A stretch of 63,806 nt of DNA, filler included, from Octopus bimaculoides (lineage: Eukaryota), in the NCBI RefSeq assembly GCF_001194135.2. It is 10 parts of 10 records of this genome, joined end to end, with 100 filler letters (N's around TTAATTAATTAA, not from the genome) between each part and the next. Parts side by side here need not be neighbours in the genome. Positions count along the whole stretch, not along the records: positions 62,116 to 63,806 come from NC_068981.1; 9 more parts are not named here. The stretch is one strand, 5' to 3'. Shown in pieces: positions 63,778 through 63,806 of this stretch. The translations under genes were made by a program, and so were the position numbers. Under the pieces are notes generated by a model that was not told the origin of the DNA, made no database searches, and was given only the letters and a program-made list of their open reading frames with translations. Every line of letters begins with the position of its first letter. Within the stretch, counting starts at the first letter, position 1.

Positions 63778-63806
63778 TAAAATATATATATATATATATA
63801 TATATA

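Overview
Repeat-saturated, AT-rich, gappy animal genomic DNA. The SINE/LINE repertoire and extreme (TA)n/(CA)n/(GA)n microsatellite density look like an Octopus genome (inferred from recognised repeat motifs, not from a search). Only one host gene is firmly supported: two phase-compatible GT-AG exons on the minus strand (50361-50209 and 47088-46919) that splice into a complete MYND zinc finger most similar to ZMYND15; its other exons could not be found. The rest is decayed mobile DNA: a large RTE LINE fragment with a PHD-like finger just after the YADD motif, R4/Dong and Tx1/L1 LINE fragments, mariner, hAT and Tc1-like transposase remnants, a solo LTR, MITEs, and at least four SINE-like families. 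The most striking unexplained structure is a ~2.15 kb inverted-repeat element (50953-53112). Each of its ~630 bp arms carries a type I hammerhead-ribozyme motif of the Penelope-like-element kind with an unusually long stem II. Almost all long ORFs in the supplied track are artefacts of N runs or microsatellites.
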